Source: Spirochaetota bacterium
Lineage (GTDB): Bacteria; Spirochaetota; UBA4802; UBA5550
Assembly (NCBI GenBank): GCA_963663865.1
Contig: OY760686.1
Span: 2,528,001 to 2,592,000, forward strand
Direction: 5' to 3'
DNA length: 64,000 nucleotides
Shown here piece after piece: positions 40,558-50,968 of the stretch. The notes under the pieces were generated by a model that was given only the letters and a program-made list of their open reading frames with translations, did no database searches and was not told the origin of the DNA. The position numbers and the translations under genes are program-made. The stretch's first letter is position 1. Each line of letters opens with the position of its first letter.

Positions 40558-41771
40558 AAATTTCATCGCTGTTAAAAACTACATTGTCAGCATCTTTTTG
40601 CATCCTTTATGCACTTGCCGTCCATTCCCAGCAGAATAAAACAACCGAAGAACAGCCTCTCAAGGCCATAGACACAGACGGAAAAGCGGTAATAAAAAAT
40701 GAAAACGCCAAGGTCGACGATGCTGAAAAGCCTGCAGAAAAAAAAGATGAGGCAGCCGAGCTGGAAGAAAAGCGGATTAAGTACATCAAGGAAACCATCA
40801 GCTTCGGAATCCAGGACGAGCGGCATGACGCAATAGGCAAGATACTGCTAATCAAGAACGAAAAAGGACGCAACGAACTTAACGATATTCTTATATCACT
40901 TCTTAAAACCGAATACAGCAGCGACATAAAGGTTAAGGCCCTCAGTGTTCTGGGCGAGCTTAAGCTTGGCCGTGGAACCGCTGAAATACTCGCACTTCTG
41001 GACGACAGCTCTGAAGACGTAAGGGTCGCCGCAGTCTACGCGCTAAACAGCCTGTCCGCCGTATCCTCGGCCGAGTCTCTTGATAAAACTCTGAGAAAAC
41101 TGTCAATTGAATCAGACTCAAGCTTTCACGAGGCGCTAATAAATGCGCTCGGAGATTTTAAATACAAAGGGGCGGCAGACTTCGCGAGAGATACCATATC
41201 CAGCGTGAAAGCAGCAGATACTCTCAGAGAGAAGCTGGTGCTCTACCTCGGCAAGGTCGAAGATACTGCCTCTAAGGATTTCCTGCTGAAGCTGTTTAAA
41301 GACCAGGACGAAGACATCACTATACGCTCCTATGCGGTAAACTCAATCGGAAAGATTGGAGCTGTTGACGCCGCACCGGACATAAAGGCGGCCCTTAAGG
41401 AAATTGACGACTATCCGCTAAAAAAGAGGCAGAACTATTATTCCTTCAGTATTTACGCCACAGCGGCCCTTGTCAAACTCGGAGACGCAGAGGCTGCCCC
41501 CCGTCTCATGAACTCACTCAAGAGCAACAACGCCGCTGTCAGAATAAGAGCTATCGAGTTAATCAGAGAGCTTAAGGATAAAAGAACAATTGACATTTTG
41601 AAATACAAAATGAAATATGATCAAAACGAAAGAGTCAGAAAGCTTGCCGAAGAGACCCTCAAAGAAATGGGAGTTGATCCTGAGGGTAAAGCGGATAAGC
41701 CAGAAGATGGTTCTTCCGGCAAAGATAAAACTGACGGGACCGGAAATGAAGACACAGTTAACAGGAAATAG
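40554..41771 (+). CDS. HEAT-repeat secreted protein
   Basis: Signal peptide; LLDD.SEDVRVAAVYAL and IRSYAVNSIGKIG repeats. Confidence 0.8.
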   Translation: MKISSLLKTTLSASFCILYALAVHSQQNKTTEEQPLKAIDTDGKAVIKNENAKVDDAEKPAEKKDEAAELEEKRIKYIKETISFGIQDERHDAIGKILLIKNEKGRNELNDILISLLKTEYSSDIKVKALSVLGELKLGRGTAEILALLDDSSEDVRVAAVYALNSLSAVSSAESLDKTLRKLSIESDSSFHEALINALGDFKYKGAADFARDTISSVKAADTLREKLVLYLGKVEDTASKDFLLKLFKDQDEDITIRSYAVNSIGKIGAVDAAPDIKAALKEIDDYPLKKRQNYYSFSIYATAALVKLGDAEAAPRLMNSLKSNNAAVRIRAIELIRELKDKRTIDILKYKMKYDQNERVRKLAEETLKEMGVDPEGKADKPEDGSSGKDKTDGTGNEDTVNRK

Positions 41772-42156
41772 AAAAACCACCTACCGGACGAGAGAAATTG
41801 CGATGCTCGCGCTTTTTACCTTCGCTTCTGCCCTCGTCTCTATAGCGGCGATGGATCTGCTTGTGACCCCGGTAGCACTTTTCGCTGTCAACAGGACTGC
41901 TGCCTTTAACTTCGTTATCACCTATATATTGACTTCGTCTATTGCTGCCCTCCTGGTGCTGTTTATTACAGTACGTATTGTTCGTATGAAGCGCAACGGC
42001 CTGCCGGTTAAAAGCATCATGTTGTATCTTCTAAAAAAGCCGGTCAGATGGGCGGGAACGGGCCTGGCCTTTCTTTTCATATCCGGGCTTCTCATCGCCT
42101 CACTCTACATTGTCCTCTCGTGGAACAACGGATTTTTGCACAAAATCGCCGGTTGA
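41746..42156 (+). CDS. Small membrane protein (3 TM)
   Basis: Hydrophobic helices; fills the gap in the operon; start uncertain. Confidence 0.6.
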   Translation: MKTQLTGNRKTTYRTREIAMLALFTFASALVSIAAMDLLVTPVALFAVNRTAAFNFVITYILTSSIAALLVLFITVRIVRMKRNGLPVKSIMLYLLKKPVRWAGTGLAFLFISGLLIASLYIVLSWNNGFLHKIAG

Positions 42157-42164
42157 GGTAGAAA

Positions 42165-43106
42165 ATGCCCCTTACCGATTTTGACAGATACTTCTCAAAC
42201 TTCCCGGAACCTGATGCGCCTGGAGATTTCGAATCCTTTTGGAAAGATTCACTCGCTGAGCTGAAAAGAATCAACCTTGAACTTTCGGTCAAAGAGATCA
42301 GACGGGATGGATATGCGAATTTCAAAGTGTATGATGTTACTTTTCAGGGATTTGCCAAAACGCTTGTTCACGCTGTGCTGTTAAAACCGGCAAGGGCAGA
42401 AAAAACACGGGCTGTTATATACATTCACGACTATAACCGCTATTCCGAAATACCGCGTGAGTCGCTCGACAAAACACTTTCCTATCTTTTCATCGGCATG
42501 AGAGGACATCACGTACTGAAAAAGAATCCAGATGCCGATACGCGTAGCCCCGGCTACATGATAGAGAATATACTTGATCCCAGGACATATTACGTGAAGG
42601 CCGTCTATCTCGACGCGTTCAGAAGCATTGACGCGCTTCGGCTTATTGGCGATATTGACTGCAGCGCTATAGGAATAGCCGGGAAGGGGCTCGGTGCGGC
42701 TGCAGCGGCATTCTGTGCAGCCAGCTCAGACAGGATCTCGTGCGCTGTGTTAGAAACCCCTGCCTTCTGCAATCTTCCGCTTAGTCAGAACCGTTCATCA
42801 AGCGAGCTTACCGAAGAGATAAACGGCTACATAGCCGCTTCAAGAGCGAAAAAAAAGCAGGTTAAGGACAACCTTACCTACTTCGATATTCTGAACTTTG
42901 CCGATAAAATAACAATGCCTGTTCTTGTTACTTCAGGATTTAAAGACACGCTCTCATTGCCCGATTGCATAATGGGATTCTTCAACAGGCTACAGACTGA
43001 AAAGACTATTGAGATATATCCCGAAGACGGCAATAGCGCCGGAGGGGCGGCACAATCCAAAAAATCAGTTAAATGGCTGAAAAAACATCTTTCCCGTCAG
43101 GCCTGA
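42165..43106 (+). CDS. Acetylxylan esterase/cephalosporin-C deacetylase (CE7) homolog with degenerate catalytic triad
   Basis: P.DFESFW..SL.EL, YDVTFQGF, MRG, YY..VYLDA.R.ID, L.YFD.LNFA..I; nucleophile elbow GKGLG, His site YPEDGN. Confidence 0.8.
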   Translation: MPLTDFDRYFSNFPEPDAPGDFESFWKDSLAELKRINLELSVKEIRRDGYANFKVYDVTFQGFAKTLVHAVLLKPARAEKTRAVIYIHDYNRYSEIPRESLDKTLSYLFIGMRGHHVLKKNPDADTRSPGYMIENILDPRTYYVKAVYLDAFRSIDALRLIGDIDCSAIGIAGKGLGAAAAAFCAASSDRISCAVLETPAFCNLPLSQNRSSSELTEEINGYIAASRAKKKQVKDNLTYFDILNFADKITMPVLVTSGFKDTLSLPDCIMGFFNRLQTEKTIEIYPEDGNSAGGAAQSKKSVKWLKKHLSRQA

Positions 43107-43107
43107 A

Positions 43108-43950
43108 CTATCTTTCAATCAGCCTTTCCGCGTAGTCAGCCAGCTTCACAAAGCTGTATCCTCTCTTTTTAAGCTCCGGCACAGCTAATCTGACAGCCTC
43201 GTTTGTATTTCGCCCAGGATGGTTCATATGCATAAGCACGACAGCTCCCGGTGAAGCTTCTCTGAGCAGATTGCGGGCAAGGAGCGCGGCGCTCTTTCCA
43301 TGCTCGGCATCGCCCGGACTAATCCTGTAATTTATAATTCGATATCCTATCTCGTTAACAATCTTTATTGAGACGTCATCATAGCAGGCAGTGCCCGATC
43401 TGAAAAGAACGGGCCTTTTTCCTGTTATTGAGGCTATCTTGACAGCATTTCCCTCGACCTCTTCGACAACATCGGATATGGAACGGGTTCCTTTTATTCC
43501 GTAGATTGAAGCGCCGTTTATACTCAAAGGCCTGTGTTTCAAACCATGGTTCTGTATATCGAAAAGCCTTTTCACGCTTAGCTGTTTAAAGAGAGCCGGG
43601 TTTGCGTCTATCCATCTCCCGGAAATAAACAGGGTGGCCGGTGTTTCCGTCTGCTCAAGATAATTAATAAGAGCGGCATCATATCCGTTTCCGCCGGGGC
43701 CGCCACACGCGTCAAAGGTGAGAGCTATTATCCTCTCATCCGTTTTTATCCCCCTGACAACACCTGAAGACCAGGCGCTGAGAGCCGACGGATTCACTCC
43801 GGCGTACTTTTTTGTAAGAGTAACCTTGAGCCCGTTCATGCTGCTGCCGCTTTCACCGGCCCGGCCCGCGCTGACAGTGCCAAGCAGCAAGACTGCGGCC
43901 GTAATACGTCCGAACGTCTGAAATAATTCCATCCGTTTATCCCCGGTCAT
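43108..43950 (-). CDS. Polysaccharide deacetylase (NodB/CE4) family protein
   Basis: IALTFDAC, PATLFISG.W, NHGLKH, FRSG, VVLMHMN. Confidence 0.88.
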   Translation of the reverse strand: MTGDKRMELFQTFGRITAAVLLLGTVSAGRAGESGSSMNGLKVTLTKKYAGVNPSALSAWSSGVVRGIKTDERIIALTFDACGGPGGNGYDAALINYLEQTETPATLFISGRWIDANPALFKQLSVKRLFDIQNHGLKHRPLSINGASIYGIKGTRSISDVVEEVEGNAVKIASITGKRPVLFRSGTACYDDVSIKIVNEIGYRIINYRISPGDAEHGKSAALLARNLLREASPGAVVLMHMNHPGRNTNEAVRLAVPELKKRGYSFVKLADYAERLIER

Positions 43951-43978
43951 TTGTTATCAAATTCAATAAAGGCGGTTC

Positions 43979-44623
43979 TTAAACAGCGCTGTCTTCAATT
44001 AGCGGGACAAATGTTGCGTTACCTATCTTGTCGACAGATACAGATCCGTCGAAGCACCTTACATATCTGTTTATACAGTGGGACCTGCCGTCTGATACTG
44101 GAATAATGAGCCTGCCTCCCTCAGAGAGCTTACTGAAGAGTGATACCGGAAGTATCTCCGCGCCGGCAGCCACAATAACAGAATCGAACTCACCTTCAGC
44201 GTCATTAAAATCACCGGACTTGATAAAGTCAATGTTTTTGAAACCGAAACGCGAAAGAACTGACATGGCCCTCTCGCTGAGCATCGGAATTCTTTCCATG
44301 GTCACAACCCTTCTCGCGAGTCTCGCCAGAATGGCCGTCTGGTAGCCGGAACCGGTCCCGATTTCAAGGACTGTTTCAGTCCCGTTGAGATTCAATGCCT
44401 GCACCATACCAGCTATAACTGAAGGTTTAGAGATAGTCTGCCCATGTCCTATCGGAAGCGATGAGTCGTTATACGCACTGAACCTGAGAGCCTCAGAAAC
44501 AAAGAAATGTCTCGGGACAGAGTACATCGCATCAAGGACTCTGCCGGATTGTATACCCTTTTCGCTCAGTGATCTCAGCATCGCTGATCTCGCGATATGC
44601 ATCCCGTCATTATCAGGGAACAA
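43979..44623 (-). CDS. pcm: Protein-L-isoaspartate O-methyltransferase
   Basis: VPRH.FV, AY.D..LPIGHGQTIS.P, VLEIGTGSGYQTAILA, GGRLIIPV, FVPL; TTG start after GGGGAGG. Confidence 0.92.
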   Translation of the reverse strand: MFPDNDGMHIARSAMLRSLSEKGIQSGRVLDAMYSVPRHFFVSEALRFSAYNDSSLPIGHGQTISKPSVIAGMVQALNLNGTETVLEIGTGSGYQTAILARLARRVVTMERIPMLSERAMSVLSRFGFKNIDFIKSGDFNDAEGEFDSVIVAAGAEILPVSLFSKLSEGGRLIIPVSDGRSHCINRYVRCFDGSVSVDKIGNATFVPLIEDSAV

Positions 44624-46643
44624 AGTAACCTCCCCACTCCGTGCCCCGGAGTCCCCTGTAATCTATATCTATGCGCATATCCGACCACCAGCCTCGGAAA
44701 ATCGCCGGTTTAAACGTTTTGTAAACAAACACATACCTGTACTCATCCTGCCCTTTAATACGTGAATAGAGTGAACGGAGAGTGTCAACTTCTGAGGGCA
44801 ATATCACACTGCCTCCGGTACTTTCAGCTATATTCCTGAGTGACTCATCGGGACTTTTAAAAGATATTATATAAACAGGAACAAAGTGACGCTGCGCGTA
44901 ATGAATTATAGTCCGCTCGCTGTACTGTTCAAAAGAATCAGCGGCAACCGTTCCGTCTGTAATGAGGATAACCGCCCTTCTGTTAAGGCGGGGAATAAGC
45001 GATGATATCGAATTATAGAGGGCCCTCCCTGTCACCTTTCCGCTCGAATACTCATCGGTAGAAAGAGCCTTGAGAGTCCTCCTTCTGCTCCAGTCATAGG
45101 GGCTGGCTTCATAGTAGTCGGAACTGAAGCCTACCGTCCTGACCGAATCGTTTTTGCGCATTTTTTTAAGAAAGAAGTCTGCTGCCCACTCAACATCCGG
45201 GCTGTATCTTCTCGACTGGGTGGACCTGTCAACACAGATTACAGCTGAAACTGAAGGCGCCTTTTTTTTAAGATAACCGGTGTATATTGACGAAACAGGA
45301 GCATTGTCCTCAACTATTTTAATATTTTCTGATGTCAGTCCATAGACCGGACGGCCTTCCCTGTTTCTGATATTGACATAGCAGGCTACAACCGGAAACA
45401 TCCCGGTATCGACTGAGGCGATCTCAACCTCAAGGTTCGTGTATTTCCGTTCAACCGGAGTATAGGCATAAACTGACTGCGCGCTGTAATCGAGACAGTA
45501 CACAAAGCCGTCTCTGTCAGCCGCTGTGGCGAAAAGCCTGATGTTCTCCTCACCGTTTTCAGCCTCGAAAGGAGATACATCTCCGGTTGCCGGATCGTAT
45601 TTCACAAGCCCTTTCCTTTCATCAGAGATTAAAAGGCTTCCTCCGTGAACGGATATTCCCCTCGGGCTATCAAGCTTCTTCTCAAGCAGGTTCTTCTTGA
45701 AGTTTCCCCATTCATCAAAAAGCGATATTCGGCTGTTCTTCCTGTCGGCGATATAAACCAGACCTTCAATCACCGAAACCGCGGAAGGCCCCGAAAGCTC
45801 CCCTTCGTACTTCCCGCTTTTCCCGAATTGGAGGATAAATCCCCCATCAGGGTCAAACTTCTGAATTCTGTCATTGCCCGTATCAGCAACGTATAGATTC
45901 CCCGCGGCATCAAACTTCAATCCGGCAGGACCGTGAAACTCCGAAGGGCCGGACCCGCTCCTGCCTATTTCCTTTATCACTTTGCCTGATGTACTCATCA
46001 GAAAAACTCTGTCATTTTTGAAATCGGAAACCGCAAGCCTGCTGCCAGAGCAGTCAACACCGTAAAGCCCGGAACCGAAACCAGGAGTTACAGAAAAGAT
46101 TCCATTTCCATTCAGATCGAACTTTACCAGCTTGCCGCTTGAAAATGAGGTCACGTATATATTTTTCTCGCGGTCGACGGCGATATCGGCGGGATGAGGA
46201 AACCCGTATTGCTTCATTTTGGAGGATTCAACCACTGTACTGCGGACATACCTTCCTGAAAACGGCGCCTTACCCGCAAAAGCCTCACGAAACTTGATCT
46301 CGTTTAGCCTGTTGCGGAAAACTGCATTCTCCGGGTACATCTCCACAAGCCTTTCAAGCTCCGAAACAGCGGAGTCCAAAAAACCCGCAAGCCTGTAAGA
46401 TCGCGAAAGATAATCTGCCGCGGCAGTATAGTCGGCATAGTGAACCAGGGCATTTCTGAAAAACTCAACCGCCGCCAGATAATGACCGTCGTTGAAATAC
46501 GTCATTCCTTTCCTGAACTCGGCCTTCCCCCTTTCGAACTTAACAAAATCGGCCGAATCAGAATAGACGGGGAGAGCAGCAGCTGTAAACAGCAGCAGGC
46601 CCCTGAGGAACGCGGAAAACCGCTTTCTGCCGGAATAAAGCAT
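44613..46643 (-). CDS. TPR - NHL-repeat beta-propeller - VWA domain secreted protein
   Basis: N-terminal TPR; NHL repeats (F.GPAGL..D..GNLYVADTGNDRIQKFD); VWA (ICVDRS, RAVILITDG, L..IAESTGG); start 46643 or 46730. Confidence 0.8.
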   Translation of the reverse strand: MLYSGRKRFSAFLRGLLLFTAAALPVYSDSADFVKFERGKAEFRKGMTYFNDGHYLAAVEFFRNALVHYADYTAAADYLSRSYRLAGFLDSAVSELERLVEMYPENAVFRNRLNEIKFREAFAGKAPFSGRYVRSTVVESSKMKQYGFPHPADIAVDREKNIYVTSFSSGKLVKFDLNGNGIFSVTPGFGSGLYGVDCSGSRLAVSDFKNDRVFLMSTSGKVIKEIGRSGSGPSEFHGPAGLKFDAAGNLYVADTGNDRIQKFDPDGGFILQFGKSGKYEGELSGPSAVSVIEGLVYIADRKNSRISLFDEWGNFKKNLLEKKLDSPRGISVHGGSLLISDERKGLVKYDPATGDVSPFEAENGEENIRLFATAADRDGFVYCLDYSAQSVYAYTPVERKYTNLEVEIASVDTGMFPVVACYVNIRNREGRPVYGLTSENIKIVEDNAPVSSIYTGYLKKKAPSVSAVICVDRSTQSRRYSPDVEWAADFFLKKMRKNDSVRTVGFSSDYYEASPYDWSRRRTLKALSTDEYSSGKVTGRALYNSISSLIPRLNRRAVILITDGTVAADSFEQYSERTIIHYAQRHFVPVYIISFKSPDESLRNIAESTGGSVILPSEVDTLRSLYSRIKGQDEYRYVFVYKTFKPAIFRGWWSDMRIDIDYRGLRGTEWGGYFVP

Positions 46644-46771
46644 TTTTGACCACCTGAAAGTCTGTTTGAAGATAGCACAGTTTTCCGAAGCTTTGCCGCC
46701 AGCCCGGAAAACCTCAGTAATATGTCCCATGCTTTAATTATCGGACGCTCCGGGGAAAACAGGAAAGCATT

Positions 46772-49588
46772 TTAAGGGCGTTTAAGAACCTTTTTCAAAA
46801 ACGCGCCGGTATGGGATTTCTTTTCGGAAGCCACAGTCTCCGGAGTTCCCTCGACCACAATGGCCCCACCGCCGTCGCCGCCTTCCGGGCCCAGATCAAT
46901 GACATAGTCAGCTGTTTTAATTACGTCAAGATTGTGCTCAATAACGATTACGGTGTTTCCCTTTTCGACAAGCGAATTCAAAACCTCTATGAGCTTCTTT
47001 ATATCGGCGAAATGAAGTCCCGTTGTCGGCTCGTCGAGTATGTAGACTGTCCGCCCTGTCGCTCTTTTGGAAAGTTCGGTTGCAAGTTTAATCCTCTGCG
47101 CTTCACCGCCGGAAAGCGTAGTAGCCGGCTGTCCGAGCTTGATATAGCCCAATCCGACACTGGCAAGCGTCTCAAGCCGGCTCTTTATGGCGGGAATGCT
47201 GTCAAAATAAGGAATGGCCTCATCCACAGTCATCTCAAGAACCTCGTGGATATTCCTGCCCTTGTACCTGACCTCAAGGGTCTCGTGATTATATCTTCTG
47301 CCTCCGCATACCTCGCAGGTAACATAGACATCGGAGAGAAAATGCATCTCGATCTTCTTGACACCGTCGCCCTCGCAGGACTGACACCTGCCTCCCGCGA
47401 CATTGAACGAGAAGCGCCCGGGTTTGTAGCCCCTGACCTTTGATTCCGGAAGCTTTGCAAACAGCTCACGAATAGGAGTGAACATACCGGTATAGGTTGC
47501 CGGATTTGAACGCGGCGTTCTTCCGATAGGGGACTGGTCAATGTCGATGACCTTATCGACCTGCTCAGTTCCGGTAATTTCCCTGAAATTTCCAGGATAC
47601 TTCTTTGAGCGCATAAGCAGCGTTGACAGGGCCTTAAACAGTATTTCAACCGTAAGCGTGGACTTCCCCGAGCCGGAAACCCCTGTGACCGCGGTAAAGA
47701 CAGCTACTGGAAATCTAACATCGATATTCCTCAGATTGTTCTCCGCAGCACCCTTCACCTCGATAAAGCCCGCCGGTTCGCGCCTTGAGGAAGGCACTTC
47801 TATCCTCTCACGACCGGAAAGGTATGCGCCGGTAATTGACGCGGGATTATTCTTAATCTCTTCCGGCGTCCCCTCGGCGATTACATATCCCCCGTTGAGT
47901 CCGGCCCCCGGCCCCAGGTCAACGACATGGTCCGCGTCGAGGATAGTGTCCTCATCGTGCTCTACAACAATTACGGTATTTCCCATATCGCGCATTCTCT
48001 TCAGAGTCGCGAGGAGCTTTTCATTGTCACGCTGATGCAGGCCGATGCTGGGCTCATCGAGTACATAGAGCACCCCGGTAAGGCTTGACCCTATCTGAGT
48101 GGCAAGCCTTATCCGCTGAGACTCACCGCCTGAGAGTGTTCCGGCTGCCCTGTCAAGTGTCAGGTAGTCAATTCCCACATCGTTTAGAAAGTTCAGCCTC
48201 GTACGAATCTCCTTCATTATCTGGGAGGATATCTTCTCTTCGGTGGGTGAAAGCTTAATGTTTTTAAAGAAATCCCGGCAGTGACCTATGCTCAGAGAGG
48301 TTATCTCATCTATAGATTTTTCAGCGACCTTGACTGCCAGGCTTTCCTTTTTTAGTCTTCTTCCGCCGCAGGAATCGCATGTCTGGACAGCCATGAAGCC
48401 CTCCATCCATTCACGCATTTCCTCAAACCTCGTTTCACGGTATCTGCGGTCGAGCGAAGGAATGACCCCTTCAAAGGGTTTCTTCCTTTTATATTCAGCA
48501 TCCTCTCTCTTGATGCTGAAATTTATCTTCCTGTCGCCTGAGCCGTAGAGAATAATATTTTGTATTTTTTCAGGAAGCTCCTTCCACGGCCTGTGCCCGT
48601 CAAAGCCGAACTCCTTCTCAAGAGCCTGTATCTGTTCAATGTACCAGTAGCTTGTGCTCTTTCCCCAGACCTCCAGCACACCCTGATACAGAGATTTTTC
48701 CGGATCGGTTACGATAAGGTCCGGATCAAAACGCATAATAAAACCGAGTCCGCTGCACTTCTCACAGGCACCGTACGGGCTGTTAAAAGAAAACATTCTC
48801 GGGGAGAGTTCGGGAATGGATATGCCGCAGTCAGGACATGAAAGTCTGGTCGAATAGAGCTTTTCCTCAGCACTGAACACAATAGTTACAATGCCTCCGG
48901 CAAGATCAATCGCTGTTTCTATTGAGTCAGCCAGCCTGGGCCTTATGCCGTCCTTCAGTACTATCCGGTCAACAATGATGTCAATATTGTGCTTTTTGTT
49001 CTTTTCAAGCGGTATTTTTTCATCAAGGCTTCGGTCCTCCCCATTGACCCTTACTCTCTGAAAGCCGTTCTTCACTGCCGAATCAAACACGTCTGCATGT
49101 TCGCCCTTTCTGCCTCGAACCATCGGCGCGAGGATCTGAAGCTTTGTGCCTGAACGCATGGTCAGCAGCTGTTCAACAATCTGGTCAAGTGACTGAGAGC
49201 TGATCGGTTTTCCGCATTCATAGCAGTAAGGAACCCCGATCCTGGCGTAGAGAAGCCTGAAGTAGTCATATATCTCAGTTACGGTGCCCACCGTTGACCG
49301 CGGATTCTTGTGAGTGGTCTTCTGCTCAATGGATATTGCCGGAGACAGGCCTTCAATAAGATCTACATCGGGCTTTTCCATAATGCCGAGAAACATCCTC
49401 GCGTATGAAGACAGCGACTCAACATAGCGCCGCTGCCCTTCCGCGTAGATGGTATCGAATGCAAGGGACGATTTTCCGGAGCCGGACAGACCCGTTATAA
49501 CCACAAGCCTGTCGCGTGGAATATCAAGTGAAATGTTTTTCAGGTTATGTTCACGCGCCCCTTTAATAACAATTGAGCGCTCTGTCAT
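46772..49588 (-). CDS. uvrA: Excinuclease ABC subunit A
   Basis: [18 protein letters not shown], two LSGGE signatures, GVSGSGKST, Zn fingers; ATG 49588 overlaps upstream TGA. Confidence 0.98.
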   Translation of the reverse strand: MTERSIVIKGAREHNLKNISLDIPRDRLVVITGLSGSGKSSLAFDTIYAEGQRRYVESLSSYARMFLGIMEKPDVDLIEGLSPAISIEQKTTHKNPRSTVGTVTEIYDYFRLLYARIGVPYCYECGKPISSQSLDQIVEQLLTMRSGTKLQILAPMVRGRKGEHADVFDSAVKNGFQRVRVNGEDRSLDEKIPLEKNKKHNIDIIVDRIVLKDGIRPRLADSIETAIDLAGGIVTIVFSAEEKLYSTRLSCPDCGISIPELSPRMFSFNSPYGACEKCSGLGFIMRFDPDLIVTDPEKSLYQGVLEVWGKSTSYWYIEQIQALEKEFGFDGHRPWKELPEKIQNIILYGSGDRKINFSIKREDAEYKRKKPFEGVIPSLDRRYRETRFEEMREWMEGFMAVQTCDSCGGRRLKKESLAVKVAEKSIDEITSLSIGHCRDFFKNIKLSPTEEKISSQIMKEIRTRLNFLNDVGIDYLTLDRAAGTLSGGESQRIRLATQIGSSLTGVLYVLDEPSIGLHQRDNEKLLATLKRMRDMGNTVIVVEHDEDTILDADHVVDLGPGAGLNGGYVIAEGTPEEIKNNPASITGAYLSGRERIEVPSSRREPAGFIEVKGAAENNLRNIDVRFPVAVFTAVTGVSGSGKSTLTVEILFKALSTLLMRSKKYPGNFREITGTEQVDKVIDIDQSPIGRTPRSNPATYTGMFTPIRELFAKLPESKVRGYKPGRFSFNVAGGRCQSCEGDGVKKIEMHFLSDVYVTCEVCGGRRYNHETLEVRYKGRNIHEVLEMTVDEAIPYFDSIPAIKSRLETLASVGLGYIKLGQPATTLSGGEAQRIKLATELSKRATGRTVYILDEPTTGLHFADIKKLIEVLNSLVEKGNTVIVIEHNLDVIKTADYVIDLGPEGGDGGGAIVVEGTPETVASEKKSHTGAFLKKVLKRP

Positions 49589-49899
49589 ATCTGTTCTACA
49601 TTGATAGAACCGCACATTGGACAAACTACATCAGAATAATCTTCGTCTTCGTCTTCGAGATTGCCCTTTGTTTTTATTATATAATCATCCCAGCGGTAAT
49701 CGCAGTCTTCACATGCGAAACTGCGGTTAATACGTTTCTCAGTTGTACTTTCTTCATCGTCAAGTTCATCATCCTCTTCAATGAGTTCCTCTTCGTCTTC
49801 AGCCTCAAGCTCTTCTTCTTCGTAGTGTTCTTCATAGTAATCGTCTTCATAGACATGATCATCATATTCTCTTTCGAAGTATTCGTTATCGTGTGACAT
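49585..49899 (-). CDS. Small hyper-acidic protein with C-terminal Zn ribbon
   Basis: 30 of the first 50 residues are D/E; CEDC...CPMCGS; ATGA overlap with uvrA. Confidence 0.75.
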   Translation of the reverse strand: MSHDNEYFEREYDDHVYEDDYYEEHYEEEELEAEDEEELIEEDDELDDEESTTEKRINRSFACEDCDYRWDDYIIKTKGNLEDEDEDYSDVVCPMCGSINVEQI

Positions 49900-50107
49900 G
49901 GCATTACCCTGAAATAATATAGTTTGTATTGATTTTTAGAGCGACCGCTCTGCCTTCAGAAGCGGAGCCCCCGCGGCCGGCATGGCAGCGTGAACCTGGA
50001 AAACTGTTTTCCTCATAAGAAATGTGACCCTTTTCTTGTCAAAAATAATTCACAAACCATGTGAAAAATTTAACAGACAACACAACCACCCTCTCACTGC
50101 AATATAA

Positions 50108-50746
50108 TTACTTAAATATAAATCGTCCTTTTTTTCTTTCGGATTCCGGGATTGTTTCCGGTTTTTTTTCACTCTCAGAGAGAATAATGTCCCACATGCC
50201 CCATACACCCGGACGAGCGCCGGTCTCCCTGAATAGCAGATCAATGCGCCCCTTCACAGTGAAACGGTACGGCACAGCGATACAAAAAGATTCACCCGGC
50301 GCGAGGTCAGAAGACCGTACTTCAGCAATTAAGGCTGAAACGCCATTTTCAACGGAAGATATTCTCAGTATTTCCGCCGGCTTTGTTCCTGCCTCAACCC
50401 GCCATTGAACGAAATCTGCATGGAGATAGTAACTCTTCGACGGGTTTAGACCCTCGAAAGCAATCCGCGTTCCGTAACGGTGAATCATACCGGCATAGTC
50501 ATCGACCGCCGGAGGAGCGTCTGGAACAAGGTAAAGCCCTCTTCCCCTCCCCCATTCATAGAGGCTGTTTCGGTTTATAATTGAAGCCCACCTTACACCG
50601 CAGTCTCCCCCGGGACCCCTGTCCGGATTAATCACCTTTATATCGACTTCGGGCGCAATCTTTTCAGAATATGCCCCATCACAAAACAAAAGCGGAACCA
50701 TCATCGTAAACGCGGCAATTATGTACTTTTGATGTAAACTCATCAA
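50108..50746 (-). CDS. Secreted hypothetical protein (beta-sandwich-like)
   Basis: Signal peptide; AAGGTGAG RBS; beta-rich sequence. Confidence 0.6.
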   Translation of the reverse strand: MMSLHQKYIIAAFTMMVPLLFCDGAYSEKIAPEVDIKVINPDRGPGGDCGVRWASIINRNSLYEWGRGRGLYLVPDAPPAVDDYAGMIHRYGTRIAFEGLNPSKSYYLHADFVQWRVEAGTKPAEILRISSVENGVSALIAEVRSSDLAPGESFCIAVPYRFTVKGRIDLLFRETGARPGVWGMWDIILSESEKKPETIPESERKKGRFIFK

Positions 50747-50871
50747 CTCACCTTTTCAGGGCTCATGATATAACATACAGCGGCAGGCAAAGTCAACCAG
50801 TTTGAAATTTTTTTTGCACCATTACAGCAAAAAAATCCAGAGCCTCAACGCGAATGACCTCATTCAACCGG

Positions 50872-50892
50872 GCAGCGAAACGCTTTCGCTGC
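50872..50892. repeat. Inverted repeat at the left edge of the AT-rich islet (possible terminator/REP)
   Basis: GCAGCGAAA-CGC-TTTCGCTGC. Confidence 0.5.
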
Positions 50893-50968
50893 TTTACAGG
50901 AAAGGTTTTTACCTTAAATCCACACTCTGCCGCTGGATAAACTGAATCAGATGATTAAGCCATAAAGG

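Noticed and set aside
49900-50107. SOS/LexA box or riboswitch upstream of the uvrA operon
   Set aside because: Only weak GC hairpins; no match to a LexA box or riboswitch consensus that I can recognise
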